Origin: the human T2T-CHM13v2.0 reference genome, Homo sapiens
Assembly: GCF_009914755.1 (NCBI RefSeq)
Contig: NC_060928.1
Strand: one strand, 5' to 3'
Length of the DNA: 64,000 bases
Both the position numbers and the translations under genes were made by a program. The notes beneath the pieces were generated by a model that was not told the origin of the DNA, did not search any database, and saw nothing but the letters and a program-made list of their open reading frames with translations. Below, in pieces: positions 38,585 to 53,299 of the stretch. Each line of letters begins with the position of its first letter. Position 1 is the first letter of the stretch.

Positions 38585-41500
38585 GTGAGTAGAACAATAT
38601 TTTTCACTAGATGGTATTAATAGATAGCTTTTCTTGTCAGTAGTGAGCATGAGTTTCATCCTTTTTATAAGAGAGTGATTTTGAAAGAATTTAAATGATT
38701 TAACCAATCCGAAATCTGCTTTTACTTTTTATCTGTTATTTAAAAATTGTATTTGAACCCCATACATCTAATGAGTAACCAGTTAGTGAAACAGTTTTCT
38801 AAATAAAAATAATTTTAAAATGATATAGATAATATAAAAAAATACATTTCTTAAAAATTTGACATAATGAATCCATAGTAGAAAGGAAGAATAATCTTGA
38901 AATAATATAATAAAATGTTTTAATTAAATATCTAAAATGTCTCAGAATATAACTATTTTCTTGCAGAAAAATTAATTTTTATTATTATCTTTATTGTAAC
39001 AGACTTGAAAATGAGATTTAATTTTGATAGCATAAAACCCACCTATTTATGGCAAAAATTCCAAATATTTTTACTATGTTTACAGAGTCATGAAGTCATC
39101 ACCAGTGTATAAGTTTGGAACATTTTTATCAACGCAAAAGAAACTGCAGTGACACCAAAATCACCTCCCATGACTGCTTAGTCATAGTCTAACACCAATT
39201 TGTTTTCTTTCTCTATAGATTATTCTCTATAGATGTTTCATATAAATGGAATCATACAGTCTAGGGTACTGTGTAAATGACATTTCACCTAGCCTAATTT
39301 TTTTTTATGGTTTTTAGTTTAATTCATGTCGTTGTGTGTTTTAATATTTAATTTCTTTTACACTTGTATAATATTTTTTAATATAGATACGTCATAATTT
39401 AGTTGTTCATTTATCAGTTCATTGGCCTTTGTGTAAGGAGGGTATCATCTAAAGAAATACTCTAAAAATACTTTATCACAAAGACAATAGAAGGATAAAG
39501 AATGATCAAAACACCTTTAAAGAAGATGGGAAATAATTGAATAGAAACACAAACCAACTTGGACAAATAGAAAAGAAATATAAAACAAAGTGGTAGATTT
39601 AAATGTGATTATACAAATACTTTCACTCAACCTAAACAGACTTTTTTAAAAAAACAAGCAAATAATGAGTAAGGACATAAAACGTTTGAAGAACACAATT
39701 AACAAATGGAATCTTATAATGTAAAATGATATACACACATGTACATATACAATACACATATATGTATCGTATATATCAACTGGAAGACACATTTTCCTAG
39801 AGCATGTTGAATAGTTAATAGTCATTTGAAGTGGCATGTGGTGGGAAATAAATCAAGACTTAGGAAATATAAAAAGATTCAATATCATAAAGACTATATG
39901 ATCCAGCCATAGTGGAAGTAAGGGAGGTTATAAATACTATTACTAAAATATCTTTAAATTTTGGAAATTAACAAAATACACTTCAAATATTTAAAGTCAA
40001 GAAGTAAATCATAATTATGCATGCACTGTTATCTCAGCAATTCTACTCTCAATTATATACCCAACAGATATGTATAAATATATAAATCTAATGGTATATA
40101 GAAGAGTGGTCATGACAGAATTATCAACAGTGTCCAAAAAGCGTTAGCAACAGAAATATCTATTCAACATAAAATGAAGACATAGTTTGTGCTTTATCAA
40201 TCAACAAAATACTACACAGCAATGGAATTACCCAAGAACGGTTACACTAAAAAAAATAGACACTAAGGAGTACATATTATATAATTCAATTACATAAACA
40301 AGCAAAGCTAGTGCTGCTATTCAAAGTCCGGTTATTCTTTAGTTGGTGGACAAAAGTGGTGACAAAATGGTTCAGAAAAAGAGAGCTATTCTAGGCAGGT
40401 TGTGATATCCTGTACCATGAACTGAACAATAGGTAAATTGGTATTTTTGCCTCAAGATAATGTTCAAGATGATCTTCCATTTTTGAACTATTCACTTAGT
40501 GTACGTATATTTATCTTTTGTATTTTGTATTTAAATATATATTTTATGAGATATATAAATCATTTTAAAAATTCTAGGAATCAGATAGAAAATAAGCACA
40601 GTAAACAGAGAAAATCCTAGAGGTTCCATCAGATTGTGGCCAGTAAAAGCCTCTCTTAGAGGTAACACTTAGAGGGAAGCCACAAAAAGGGAGAGAAGCA
40701 TGCCTTGGGTATAGCAAGAAAGAATACTCCAAGAGCGGGAGAGAAGGGATAAAATGTGTAAAGTGCTAAGATGAGAACACCTTTGGAAGCTTAAAGAAAA
40801 ATAGTAGGCCAATCTAGAAGACAGTGTGCAGGTAAAAGTGTTAGAAAAAGACCTTGCCAGTGTCTAACAATGTAGGGTTCTGTAGACCAAATAACAGAGT
40901 TGGATTTTATTCTTAAAATAATGAGAAGCCAGGCAAAAATCTTAATCAGGGGAGTGCCATAATCTCACTTTAGTTGCAAAACATCATTCTGGCTACAGGG
41001 TGGGAAACAGTAGGAGACAAAAGAGTAATCTAGAAGCCAAGTGACTAGCTATGAGGCATGTCACTCACCATGATAAAATTCCTTTTTAGGAACTTAGAGA
41101 TGTTAATTCTCAGATTGCATTTTCACATCTTTCTTACAGCACTTAAAATGGCTCATGATGTTGAGCACGTTCTAATATGCCTGTTTTAGAACTAATAGTG
41201 TAATGTGGAATGTGTTCATAATACAAAGGATAAATGCTTAAGGAATGAATATCTTATTTTCCATGATGTGATTATTTCACTTTGTATCAAAACATCTCAT
41301 ATACCCCATAAACATATGCACTTAATATGGACCCACAAAAACTTAAAATTAAAAAATTAAAAACAAATTAAAAATGCCTGATACTTTCTCTGCTTGAAAA
41401 AAATAACTTTCTCACCTGACTTTCCTTTTCTACTTTAAAAATATTTGTCAATGAGAAAAGTCCAATTTAAAAGCCAAACTTTGTATGATGACTCAAATTA

Positions 41501-41635
41501 AAATACATAAATTCTATATCAATTCTTTGACATTTACTTTGAATTATTTGACACTTTAAAAGCCTTTCATAGACTTGATATCTACAGGCAAATTAACTTA
41601 CTTTCAGTGTCGGTATCTTTATTTTTATCCTTCAG

Positions 41636-41915
41636 ATATAAAGAGAATATTATGAAATTATCAAGAATTCAACATGATCAACCAGTGAAGCCCCTGGATC
41701 GAGCAGTCTTCTGGATTGAATTTGTCATGCGCCACAAAGGAGCCAAACATCTTCGAGTTGCAGCCCACAACCTCACCTGGTTCCAGTACCACTCTTTGGA
41801 TGTGATTGGGTTCCTGCTGGCTTGTGTGGCAACCGTGCTATTTATCATCACAAAGTGTTGTCTGTTTTGTTTCTGGAAGTTTGCTAGAAAAGGAAAGAAG
41901 GGAAAAAGGGATTAG
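41636..41915 (+). CDS. UGT2B10: UGT2B10 exon 6 coding part (280 nt; TM helix, di-lysine ER tail, stop)
   Basis: ttcag|[30 protein letters not shown]...[15 protein letters not shown]. The six exons sum to 1587 nt with consistent phases. Confidence 0.97.
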
Positions 41916-42051
41916 TTATATCTGAGATTTGAAGCTGGAAAACCTGATAGATAGGAATACTTCAGTTGATTCCAGCAATAAATATTGTGATGCAAGATTT
42001 CTTTCTTCCTGTGACAAAAAAAAATCCTTTCGAAGTCTACCTTGTCAAGTA

Positions 42052-42073
42052 AAAATTTGTTTTTCAGAGATTT
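42052..42073 (+). promoter_or_regulatory. Putative miR-216b-5p site in the 3'UTR
   Basis: CAGAGATTT at 42065-42073 is complementary to the 5' end of miR-216b-5p as recalled. This miRNA is a known UGT2B regulator. Confidence 0.5.
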
Positions 42074-42093
42074 ACCACCCAGTTAATGGTTAG

Positions 42094-42432
<339 letters not shown>

Positions 42433-43036
42433 TGAGATTTTTATATAAGAATGATTCAAATGTTCAGGGATGAAAGAGTCACTAACATAAAAGAAGAATG
42501 GGATGAGGTGAGAAGGATGAATACAAAAATAATTAGATATTCTTGAAATCAGAAATGTGCTCCCTAATTATATGAAATGTTGTTTGATTACATAAAATAA
42601 AGTGGAAATGAATGATTGACTGAACAGCCCACAAGAAGAATCACTTAATGCTCTGAAAATTACCAGTAAACTGATTAAAATCTAAAATTGCTTTCTGTTA
42701 AAGCTTTACTGATTAGTTTTTCTTCCAAAGCTCTCTTGTTTCTAGTTGTTTTCTTGGTCTTAACTACCCATTATATGCTTTGTTAAAGTGTTTATGCCCT
42801 GATTCAATGTGATTATCTCAATTTTTATTTCATTCTGTCCTAACTCTTGCAACCTGCATGTCCTCTTTATTATTGATCAATCCAACTGCAAAGTTCACCT
42901 TACCTGACTAAGGATTATTCATTAAGTTTTACTTGTTTATCTGACATTTATTATTTTGTCTCTTTGCTAGTCACTCTGAGCCATGGTCATGATGACTTAG
43001 GATTCTGGATCTCTTATGAATAACAAATTTATCCTT

Positions 43037-43042
43037 AATAAA
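43037..43042 (+). terminator. UGT2B10: Candidate distal poly(A) signal (proximal AATAAA also at 41977 and 42129)
   Basis: AATAAA hexamers downstream of the stop codon. Which one is used cannot be determined from sequence. Confidence 0.5.
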
Positions 43043-45251
43043 GTCTCTATACTAAAGAAGAATCTAATGAAAAATATCACTTGATAAAATGAGTGCAGTA
43101 CGTGAACAAATTTCTGACTGGATCATAAACCCAAAAAGTGATTAATCAATTTATTATTTAGGGACTAACAATGAAATCAATTATATATCATTATATAATT
43201 TGAATTGGTAAAAATTAATATTTATCATAGGTAAAGCACAAAATAACTGGCGACTCCAGTGCTGGTTTGTTGGGAGTATGAATAGAGTGGTGATAGGTGA
43301 AGGGCACCCATGGGCCCAGCACAACAAGAATCCCTCTAACCAGGTCCGAGCTAGCAACTACTGAAATCAAAAATCCAACCTACTAGTATCTCAATTTTTA
43401 ATATATATTTGGACATTAGACAAGTGACCACCAGTGGAACTGTGGACTCAGTGGCTCAAATCTAAGCTCACCTTTGTCTGAACCTCTATATGGCCCCCAA
43501 CTTTCAAAAAAGAAAGTCATGCCTCCTACTCATCCAAACTTTACCAAGATTCAGTGTCTTAGGGTACAACTTAAAAATAATAACAAATGAGAAATTTGAA
43601 ATTTTATGCCTCACCAGTTTTCAATTTATCGTCCCTCATATCCTAATACAGCTTTATGATACTGAATCAGGATCCTGTAAGCATTCCTCCTTTGCCAGCT
43701 AGTTGAAAGTTAAGCTTCATCAATAGAGGACACTCGAGTGATGGTGAGGTGCTTGATGCAGGAAGGTGCATCCCTTCCAAGACTCACACTTTAGTTATTC
43801 AGTAATGTTTATCATTAATATTGGAGTTTAAGAATATGAATGTTAAAGAATATATTTAAGAATACTAAAGAATATACTTTAAGAAGGCAAGAGGAAAACT
43901 TCTAATAGCACATTTGTTTTACCTTTTATTAAATATTGCATTCTGCATAGAAATTAATTCAGAAAACTCCTACATAAACCATTTATATGAGTCTTTTGTA
44001 ATCACTGAAAGAAATAGACTGTTGACAGTCACCTTTTAAAAGGGTGTATACCATTCAACTCTTAGGTATACCATTTATTATTTTGTTTCCTGCAAACTCA
44101 AAGCATCTAGGAGTGAGATTACAAAAATAACAACAACAACAAAAAAGCAGTGTTGGCTAATTTGTCAGCATATGGAAGTTAAATTTCTTACAGACACACA
44201 ACTTCTGTGTAAATGTAAATCACTTGGCCATTCTAGCTCTATTATCAAATTTATAGTTTCCCAGAGACAAACATTGCTTTGGCTTTTGTCTGGTTTTGGA
44301 TAGTTGGTTGTCTTTTCTCTTCATGCTTCCTTATCTCCTTTATTTCATTTATTTTTAATTAAAAAACAAAGAGACAGGAATTACCTATATTTCATTGTTG
44401 AAGGTTAAATTTTGTTTGTATTTGTACCTTAGTTCCACACTTTTTTCTTTCTGGAAACGTATATGATAAACATATGCTTGAAAACAAAGGATTACATGGA
44501 TATTCTGAACTCCCAAAAAGAGAATCTCATGACTAAGCCAATTTCACATTTCTAATTAGCATACTTGCTTTCATTGAGTGTTTTGAAATTTAACTAAACA
44601 TAAAATTAAAAAAAAAAAAACCTCTAGGCTAGTGTATATATAGCACTAACTAAAGAGAGGAAAACTAGAATTACAGTAATAACAAAATTAATTGAATATC
44701 ATAAAGAATTACATGCAGGTTGTTAGACTATAATATTAAAATCATAATTACCTTTTAACTATAGGAAAACTCTAGTTTATTAGAAAGACTACATAAATCT
44801 ATGCTTCTACTTTTATGTTCAAATACACTGAATAGAGTTCCTATACAATCAAATACGTGGAGAATACTATTGAGCATGAATCTTCTCTTTCTTATATCAT
44901 TCCCCAATTTTTATGTTCATTTGAGCTAACGTATTTAAAATGTTTCCTTTGGAGTCATCAGAATATGTCTCAAGATTTCAAATCCTGCAATGTGGAATAG
45001 GGACTTAATGCACTATTTTTATTTTATTATTAACAAATGACAAGCAAGGGATATGTTACTAAAGCAATAGAAAAGATCACTAGGCAAATAATAAGTTGTG
45101 TCCACATACACAACCATAATGCTTTCCAAATTGTTATGTAAATCTAATGCCTGTTATGCAAATTGAAAAATGAGATTCAAATTCCAAATGGAAAGCCATA
45201 CTTTCTCCATTGTGTGAATAGCTTCTTATAAGGATTGGAGGTTCTACTGAC

Positions 45252-45383
45252 TTTTTGTGGAATCTGAGCCAGGCCTGAAGTGATAAGATCAACCTTTTCT
45301 TCTGTAAGGTTTTGCACAACTGACTCCAGAGAAAACACAACAACACCATCCTCATCAGAGCTCTGGACAAATTCTTCCATTTC
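45252..45383 (-). pseudogene. Orphan UGT2 exon 3 (UGT2A/2C-like), open frame and AG/GT intact
   Basis: tttttcctctgtag|[44 protein letters not shown]|gtcagt, exactly 132 nt. Confidence 0.92.
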
Positions 45384-46074
45384 CTACAGAGGAAAAACTT
45401 TCTTCATTATAAAGATGCAATGCCACATAGAATAATATAGTTTATGTATACTTCTAAAATAAAATTTTGAAGTTGACATATATATAGTTATATCATCCCT
45501 ATTTTCTGAGGTGCATTTTAGAATAGAAATGTTCAAGTTTGTGTTAGAAACATATGGCTTCAGTACATAATAATTATTTACTAGAAAAAGCACACAACCA
45601 AATAATTATAAAGAACATTTAAGTGAGAAATGTGCAGCTCATTTAATATTTAATAGACATCAAATTCTAAAAACATAATGGTTTGCAAACTCATAAAACT
45701 ATTTCAACAATATCAAGTGTCAATTTGCTGGCATTTTGTGATGTCAACAAAATAATAAAATTTTAAAAACCCCACATCAATTCCCCCACAAAAGTACAAC
45801 TAGTAGCTATCCAAATACACAAATGTCACTCTGAATTCACCAGATCTCAAGAGAGAAGGAGAAAACCCCAAGACTCACGGACATGAAAAACTTATGATTG
45901 GTAAGATGAATAATTATTTTGGACTGTACCACCCCCCTTCCACACACCAAAATGATACCACTGTGAGAGAATTTCCTTTTACCTGCGGTTACTGAAATGG
46001 GAAGAGGGAATTTCAAGTGGACATATATTCTATGCATAATGATATGCATATCTGGTCAAGAAAAGCAAAACTAC

Positions 46075-46077
<3 letters not shown>

Positions 46078-46110
<33 letters not shown>
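46078..46110. repeat. (CA)n microsatellite
   Basis: Pure AC run read directly. Confidence 0.95.
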
Positions 46111-46113
<3 letters not shown>

Positions 46114-46127
46114 TCTATGTTCCAAAG

Positions 46128-46298
46128 AAGCTGAGATTACAGGAGTGGGCCACCACACCCAGCTACTTTTTGTATTTTTAGTAGAGATGGAGTTTCGCCA
46201 TGTTGGCCAGGCTGGTGTTGAACTCATAACCTCAAGTGATCCTCCCGCCTTGGCCTCCCAAAGTGCTGAAATTACAGGCATGAGCCACGATGCCTGGC
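46128..46298 (-). mobile_element. Partial AluS
   Basis: 'tttttgtatttttagtagagatggagtttcgccatgttggccagg...atgagccacgatgcctggcc'. Confidence 0.9.
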
Positions 46299-48300
46299 CC
46301 CTATCTAACCCTATTCTTGAAAGGTTTTCCCATTCTCATTAAGGAAAATGATAGTGCCATTAGGAAGGCAAAGATAGTAGGTGGAGAAGGAGAACAAGAA
46401 AAAGAATGACTAGTAGTACACTCATGATAATTACTGATAATAGCTGTTATTAGCTTGCAGAAAGAAGATTTGAATCCAAGTCAATAGTTGTGAAACCTGT
46501 TCTCTAATTCTTTATTACATAAATCAATTGTTACTTTACCCCTAATTGCTTGCTTTTCAATTGAATATGAGTTTCTTTTAAAATTTCTGTATATTTTAAA
46601 AGAATAAGATATTTGGCAAAAAGTACCAAGTGTTTTAAAAATGCATTGGAGTCATAATATGTTATATAAAAGCATGCAGAGAAAACAATAAATCAAGATG
46701 TATATATTCAATATTTATGGAGGATATTCATAATATAAACATTGGAAGTAATCCAAACATCTTAAATTAAGGAATACTTATACTCTGTGTATGTCATACC
46801 ATCACAATCATTTTATCAAACAAATATTGTTATTTAATTACACTGGCACCCATAATACAAGTTTAGCTGGAAACTGAGGATCTAAATGACAAATATAGCA
46901 AAATGTCAACTTATTTAAAGATGAAAAGGTACATGCAATAATATTAAAATTTTCTTAATAAATGTCACATATGTACATTATATTATATAAATAAAATAAA
47001 AACCATAATGAACATATACCATTTTTACATTGGTAATGCCTCTGGGACAGAAATTATAGGAGCATTTTATTTTCTTTTTAAAACTTTTCATATGTTTATA
47101 AAATTTCTTGCATTGATCTTTTTTTTTTGAAATGGGGTCTTGCTCTGTCACCCATGTGGGAGTGCCGTGCACGATCTTGGCTCACTGCAACTTCCACCTC
47201 CCACGTTCAACAGATTCTCCTGTCTTAGCCTCCCGAGTATCTGGGATTACAGGAACTCACCACCACACGTGGCTATTTTTTTTTTTTTTTTGTATTGTTA
47301 GTAGAGATGGGTTTTCACCATATTGGCTAGGCTGGTCTTGAAATCCTGACCTCAGGTGATCCACCCACCTCGGCCTCCCAAAGTGCAAGGATTATAGGTG
47401 TTAGCCACCGTGCTCGGCTCTTGCATTGATCTTGTATTACTTTTGTAAAGTTTTCACAGAATGGGAAAAAAATAGCCCACATCAGTGATGAATCTGTAAA
47501 CAGAGGATATATTATTTTAACACTGGGTAGATGAAGAAGGCTCTGGGCATCAGGCCAGTGAGACAAAACACTGAATACAAGTTACATTAAATGTGGCTAC
47601 AAGTTACTGCAATCACATGCAATACCTGAATATACCATGTATTACCTGGAATAGTACTACAATGACTCTCGTGTTGACATTGAGGTCTTAAGATTAAAAA
47701 TCATATTTTAAAAAATACTCAGCAATTTGTGGTCTGCACAGTCAATATTTTCTTTCTTCATTTGTAAGGAACACTTAAGAAAAAGTTTTACCCCAATCAT
47801 TACATTTGAAAATATTTAAATTTAAAAATTGGCATAGACTGGGAACCACAAGTCAGAATAATTGTCAATCAATTCCAGGCAAGCACATCTTCACCAAGAG
47901 TTGAATATAATGTGAGAAAGCTACTCAAGACAGTTACCAGAACTCCTCTGGAGAAAGGCCTGGAAGCCTCTCCCACTAAGGTGCAAGCACTCCCTGTGAG
48001 ACATAGTAAAGGGATGATGAGAATTCCTCACACCCAGTTACAAATAGCACATCAATTTAGCTGTGTGATTTCAGGGCAAAATGTGTCCTACCTAAACCTT
48101 GACCTGAGAAATATGATCATTCAGCTATGTAACCATTTACTGTATAATTCTGTATTACAAATGGGAGTCTCTGGCCCATTTCACAGAAATTCCAACTACA
48201 ATACCAAACACCTGAATGTCAGTGATTCTTAATCACCAGCTTTTAATAACGATTTTTTTTGGTAAAAATACTGGAAATTTCTGACAAACTTTAAGTGAAG
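46299..48300 (+). repeat. Diverged direct copy of UGT2B10 intron 2 segment (~31095-32753)
   Basis: Colinear shared strings: 'cttgcagaaag', 'agtcaat(g/a)gttgtgaaacc', 'agttacattaaatgtggctaca', 'caagcacatcttcacca', 'aaatagcacatcaattta', 'gaatgtcagtgattcttaa', 'ctgacaaa(t/c)tttaagtgaag'. Confidence 0.9.
47121..47418 (-). mobile_element. AluSx-like, full length
   Basis: Perfect 15-bp TSD tcttgcattgatctt at 47106-47120 and 47419-47433. Confidence 0.95.
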
Positions 48301-49474
48301 TATGAGGGATATAGTCCAATATGAAATTTGATGGTGTGTGTAAACAGGAAATTCAATGAAAAATGGATAATAATTATAAAAAATGACAAAAGTTATTGAT
48401 GTTTAAGAAAACAAAAATGAGGTCAATAAATCATTATCCTACAAAATATTTGCAACCTATAAAAACCTGAGAAATCTATTCTTGAAGAAGTATAATGTAA
48501 ATTAATCTTTTCAAATAAATTTAAATATATCATTTGAAACTGAAGTTCTACATCTAGAAATCTGTCATGCAGAAATCCTTGCACGTAAGCACATGTATGA
48601 ACAGGATGTTTCCTCCAGCACTTAAATGGCTATAAGTCAATATCTTCAAGATATTTCTGGGATAGTATTTATTTCCTCTATGTGGGGCCCATTTGTGAAC
48701 ATCTATTTTATATTTAAACATCTATAAATAAATATATTTAAAAGTTTTAAAAAATATTAGCAGTTATAGAAATCTAAATTCACAAAATTTTAGTAATTTT
48801 TCTGATTTCTATGTCAATATACAATAAATATTACAATAACTTAGTGACTGCTGCTGCGTACTTCAACAGGTTTTATATATGGTGATTTTGAGATATAATT
48901 CAAATACTTTGACAATACTTCTGTCAAGTCATATTGTTTTTCTTTGAACTTTGGCAAACCTTGTGGCTGTTTCAACAAAGAGAATGCAGTAGAAGTGATA
49001 TAGCTTAACTTTCAAGGCTCTCTTAGAAAAGCATACATTCCTTCTTTGTCTCTTTGTCTTGTCTCTGTCTCTTTTCTATTTCTCCATCTCCGTCTCTTTC
49101 TATCTTGCTACTACCCATACCTCCTCAACTAAATGTAAAGCTTGGTGCCATATCTGAAGTCCCTATGATAAATAACATTTTGTGGAAAAACAAAATAAAT
49201 GATATACATATATATCACATAGACTAAGAAATCCTGATAGTTTTAGAAACTATGTGGAAAAAACACATAATTGTTCCAAGCCAACGCCTAAACTGTAAGA
49301 GATAATTAAATATTGTAGTTTTATGGCTTAAATTTAAGGGCAATTTGTTATTCGGTGGTACCAATATTTCTATATATTTTACATTTGTAATAAATTACTT
49401 TTAATATATAGCTACATAAATGGGAAAATGTAGATGTTATATTTTAAAACTAACTGTAACCCAGATAGAAGAGT

Positions 49475-49692
49475 CAGCATAACATGGTGGTTAAGAGTTT
49501 CCACTTTGGACCCAAAGATGGCTTGATTCAAGTCACTGCCAAATCCCACTACAAAATGATGTGGGATTGGGCACATTAATTAACCTTTCAATGCCTCAGC
49601 TCCCTCATCAATGAAATGATAAGGATTATGATGACATTATCAACCTCATGAAGTTGTTAAGAGAATAAATTCATTAATATGGCAAAGCACCA
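49475..49692 (+). mobile_element. MIR SINE
   Basis: 'cagcataacatggtggttaagag', core 'ttaacctttcaatgcctcagctccctcatcaatgaaatg'. Confidence 0.75.
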
Positions 49693-51039
49693 AATACAGT
49701 GACATATATAGCAAAATATAATGTAAACTAATTATCATAATTATTAGACAGAGAAAAATTTCCACAATAATGTTATTGTTCAAATAATTGTATGAATTTA
49801 TTTTTAAACATGACACGTTTCTAATATAAATTTTTAAAAACAGCATTTACTATTTCAAATATGTGGAAATTAAATTTATCATATCAACCAAGTGCTGGCA
49901 AACAATGGCCTCTGGGCCAAATCTGGTCAAATCTGACCATCTTTCTTTTTCAATTAAGGTAGAAATTATAAACATAAAAATCACCATGTTAACCACTTAA
50001 TTTTTGCAATTTGTTGGCATTTAATACATATGCAATGCTGTGCCACTATCACCAGTATCTACATCTAGAGCATTTTCTTTATTACAAAAGGAAACTCTAA
50101 ATCCATTAGACAGTCATGTCACATTCCCCATTCTCCAGCTTCTGCAGCTTGACATTATGTATTTTCATCATTCTATAGCCCATTAGGTAATGCAAAGCAT
50201 ATAAAATAAAATAGAATGAAATAAAATATAAAGAAGTTTCTAACATCAACCAAGAGTGTTGCTTCTTTATTTCATATATGGTATTTGTTCATAATTAACA
50301 ATTATCTGATTTATAGAAATTCTACTTTAATTACATAATTAATATTTTCTCAAATATACACAGAAGTGTTGTGATATATACTGTTGTAGTTTCTTTCTCA
50401 TTTGGTATTGAAGTATCTTTCTTGAGACTGGCCATAGCCGAGATAGCCACTCCTTAGGAGAGTGCTGACCAGAAGAGAGGAGAAGTGGGTTCAGGTTTAT
50501 GTGTTAGGTAAGACACATTGAGGAAGTAAAACCAAAATGCATCAAATAAAAGAAATTTGTTCCAGGTCCAGGGGGGTTGGGTTGATGACAGAAAACTAAC
50601 AAGGCATTCATAGGAAGGAGGAAATTCAACAAGCGGTGTGAAAATAAGAGTCAGAAGGCCTATGAAGCCATTCCTTTATTAAGTTCTGTGAGTGTTAACC
50701 CTTAGATTTTATGAGGGAGTTTTAGAATGGCTAATTTAAAGAACATGTAATTATAAACTTAAAAAATATGTAAAGGGAGGAGGCTAATTATACAACTCTC
50801 ATGTTGACAATAGGTTATATCATGATCATCAGTTATAAAGTGTGCTTGGTTTTGGGGTCAGTGGAACAAGAAACAAATGAACTATATCACAAACAACACA
50901 TGAGAAAGAAAAGAAAAACTGCTATCACTAGGTGTTAAACAACTTACGTCAGGCCTAAAATTGGATGCTGAGTTAGTAACTATGTTAAGCAAATTTATCA
51001 CAAGAAGGAACAAAAAGTGTTAGGAGAAAACATTGATGT

Positions 51040-52800
51040 AGCCCCTTCCTGATTGATAGTGTGAGAAATGCTATGAACCCATGAACCAGCTCCCCAGTAT
51101 AAGAATAACTAGTAAAAAATTATTGTCAAAATAAAACTATTTGAAAATACTAGGAATTATCCTCATCATATGTGGAAAAAAAATTCAAAAACTTCTGCCA
51201 AATCTTGGTAAAATAGTAAGAGCCTGTGGCATTTAAACAATAACCTTATTTTTCCTCACTCACCCTCCTAATTCAGTGTGACTAAATCTCCATTCCAGAT
51301 AGGTGCAGACAAAGATGATAGGGCTTCAAATCTACAAAACTCCAACAAGAGGGAGATGTATCTTCTGTAGAGAGGAAATCATCCTAAACTCTTCCACTCA
51401 CACCCAATCGATGTGTTATAGAGGGTAAATTCTAGGCTAGTTAAGTCAAACGGGTTATCTCTTCTTCTATCCAACCACAGTCATAAGCAAAAGTTTTACT
51501 TAGGAATGGCATACTGAGAATCTGAGTACCAAATAATTATAGCCAAAACTTATTTATAGGATGGTGGTTCCATGATGGAGATGCAAACTAAACGTAAGGG
51601 CTATTATTTTTCTGTTTGAGCACAGATGTCACTCAGAGAGAAGTGTTCCATTGTCCCTGCCCTCCAGTTCTAACACCAATGGGAGATTTTGCCCAAGGAA
51701 GGAGTCAGACCATTCAAAAGAGTGTTGTAAAGCACTTGCAAGAGTAATTTACTTTACTTGAATCAATATGTAGAAGTTCAAGCCTAAGAGTACTTTCAAA
51801 ATATGGAAAGTTTTGTTGGTAGGCAGTTATTAATATAAAGAAGAACATAGCTTTATGAAAGATGCAAATTAGCTGATTATACAAAACTAGAGAGAGACAG
51901 ACAGATAAAAAGAGTCTTTCTGAATCCAAACCAACCCATAGTTTTGTGAAAACTGTATTGGGGTAAAAATAAAAACAAATGGTAACCTGAATACAAAAAA
52001 AAGAGAGAATCAGAAATGGTAAGTAAAAAGAAATTGTGACCAATGATATAAACAAATATCTGCTTTCTAATTATTTTTTGCTTCTGAAAAGACATAAAAT
52101 TATATAAAGTGATAATAATGTAGTGTGAGGTTTGTAACACATGTAAATGTAATATAACAATAGTCGCACAAATTACAAGAGGGAATGGAGTTATGTCTAG
52201 GTAATATTTTTATATAGGAAGTAAGGTAGTATGAGTTTAAAGTTTATTCTAATAATTTAATGTGTATATATGGCAAGTCCTCAATTACTCACAAAGTAAA
52301 TAACGGAAAAAATATAAAAATTATTAAAGAGATGGAAATGTTACATTTAAAACATAAATTAATGTAAAAGAAGAACATAAAAATATAATGTATTAAAAAA
52401 GACAAACAACACATAAATCCAGCTGTATGAGCAATACTAAATATAAATTAATTAAAAAATCCTATTAGAAGTTGAATATTACAGACAATATTTTAAAAAA
52501 TTCCAAGTATATGCTACCTAGAGAGACACTGTATAAACTTACAGATGTAAGCAGTTGGAAATAAAATGATGTAAAAGTATATACAATGCAAATAGTAACA
52601 AAAATAAATGAGTGGCTATAGTAATTTCAGACATTAAAGGTTCTTGTTCAATGTTATTAAAGAGGAACATTTTTTATTATGAAAGTGTCAACTCATTATG
52701 AATATATAAAAATTATAAATACATATGCACCCATCATCAAAACCTCACATACATAAAGCAAAAACAGATAAAAAGAGACATAGACATTTTAACAATGACA
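51040..52800 (+). mobile_element. Very old L1M remnant
   Basis: A-rich, with endonuclease-like 'atatgctacctagagagacac' and 'ttataaatacatatgcacccatcatc'. Confidence 0.5.
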
Positions 52801-52832
52801 CATGCACCTCATTCCTTCATTTTTTTTTAAAA

Positions 52833-53014
52833 CTAGGGTTACAGGTGTGAGCCAGTGTGCTCGGTCTGCATTTGTTTTTATTTTATTATATTTTTTGTAG
52901 AGACAGAGTTGTCCAGTGCTCCACAGATTGGTCTGGAACTCCTGAGCTCAAGCTATCCACCAGTCTGGGATTCTCAAAGTGCTGGGAGTACAGGCATGAG
53001 CCACACACGTGACC
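52833..53014 (-). mobile_element. Decayed Alu (AluJ/FLAM) fragments
   Basis: 'ggtctggaactcctgagctcaagctatccacc..caaagtgctgggagtacaggcatgagccac'. Confidence 0.75.
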
Positions 53015-53299
53015 AATCCTCTTAATTTAAAATAAAGTATGACTTTAATTTAGTCAGTAATGTATTAAGCTGGGAGGAAAGTGATCTGGCTGTTCCTTAA
53101 GTTCTTCTCCTGTTGCCTAAGAGGTAAGATGGAGGTATCCTAGAGCATCCTTGGCCAAGGAAATTGACATGAAGGCTTTTTGGAGGTAGTGTCTTCTAGG
53201 GAACCTAAATTTTCTTTTCCTGTTCTTTTTTTCTTTTTTTCCAAAGTTTAAGTTCTGGGGAACATATGCAGGATGTGCAGCTTTGTTGCATAGGTAACA

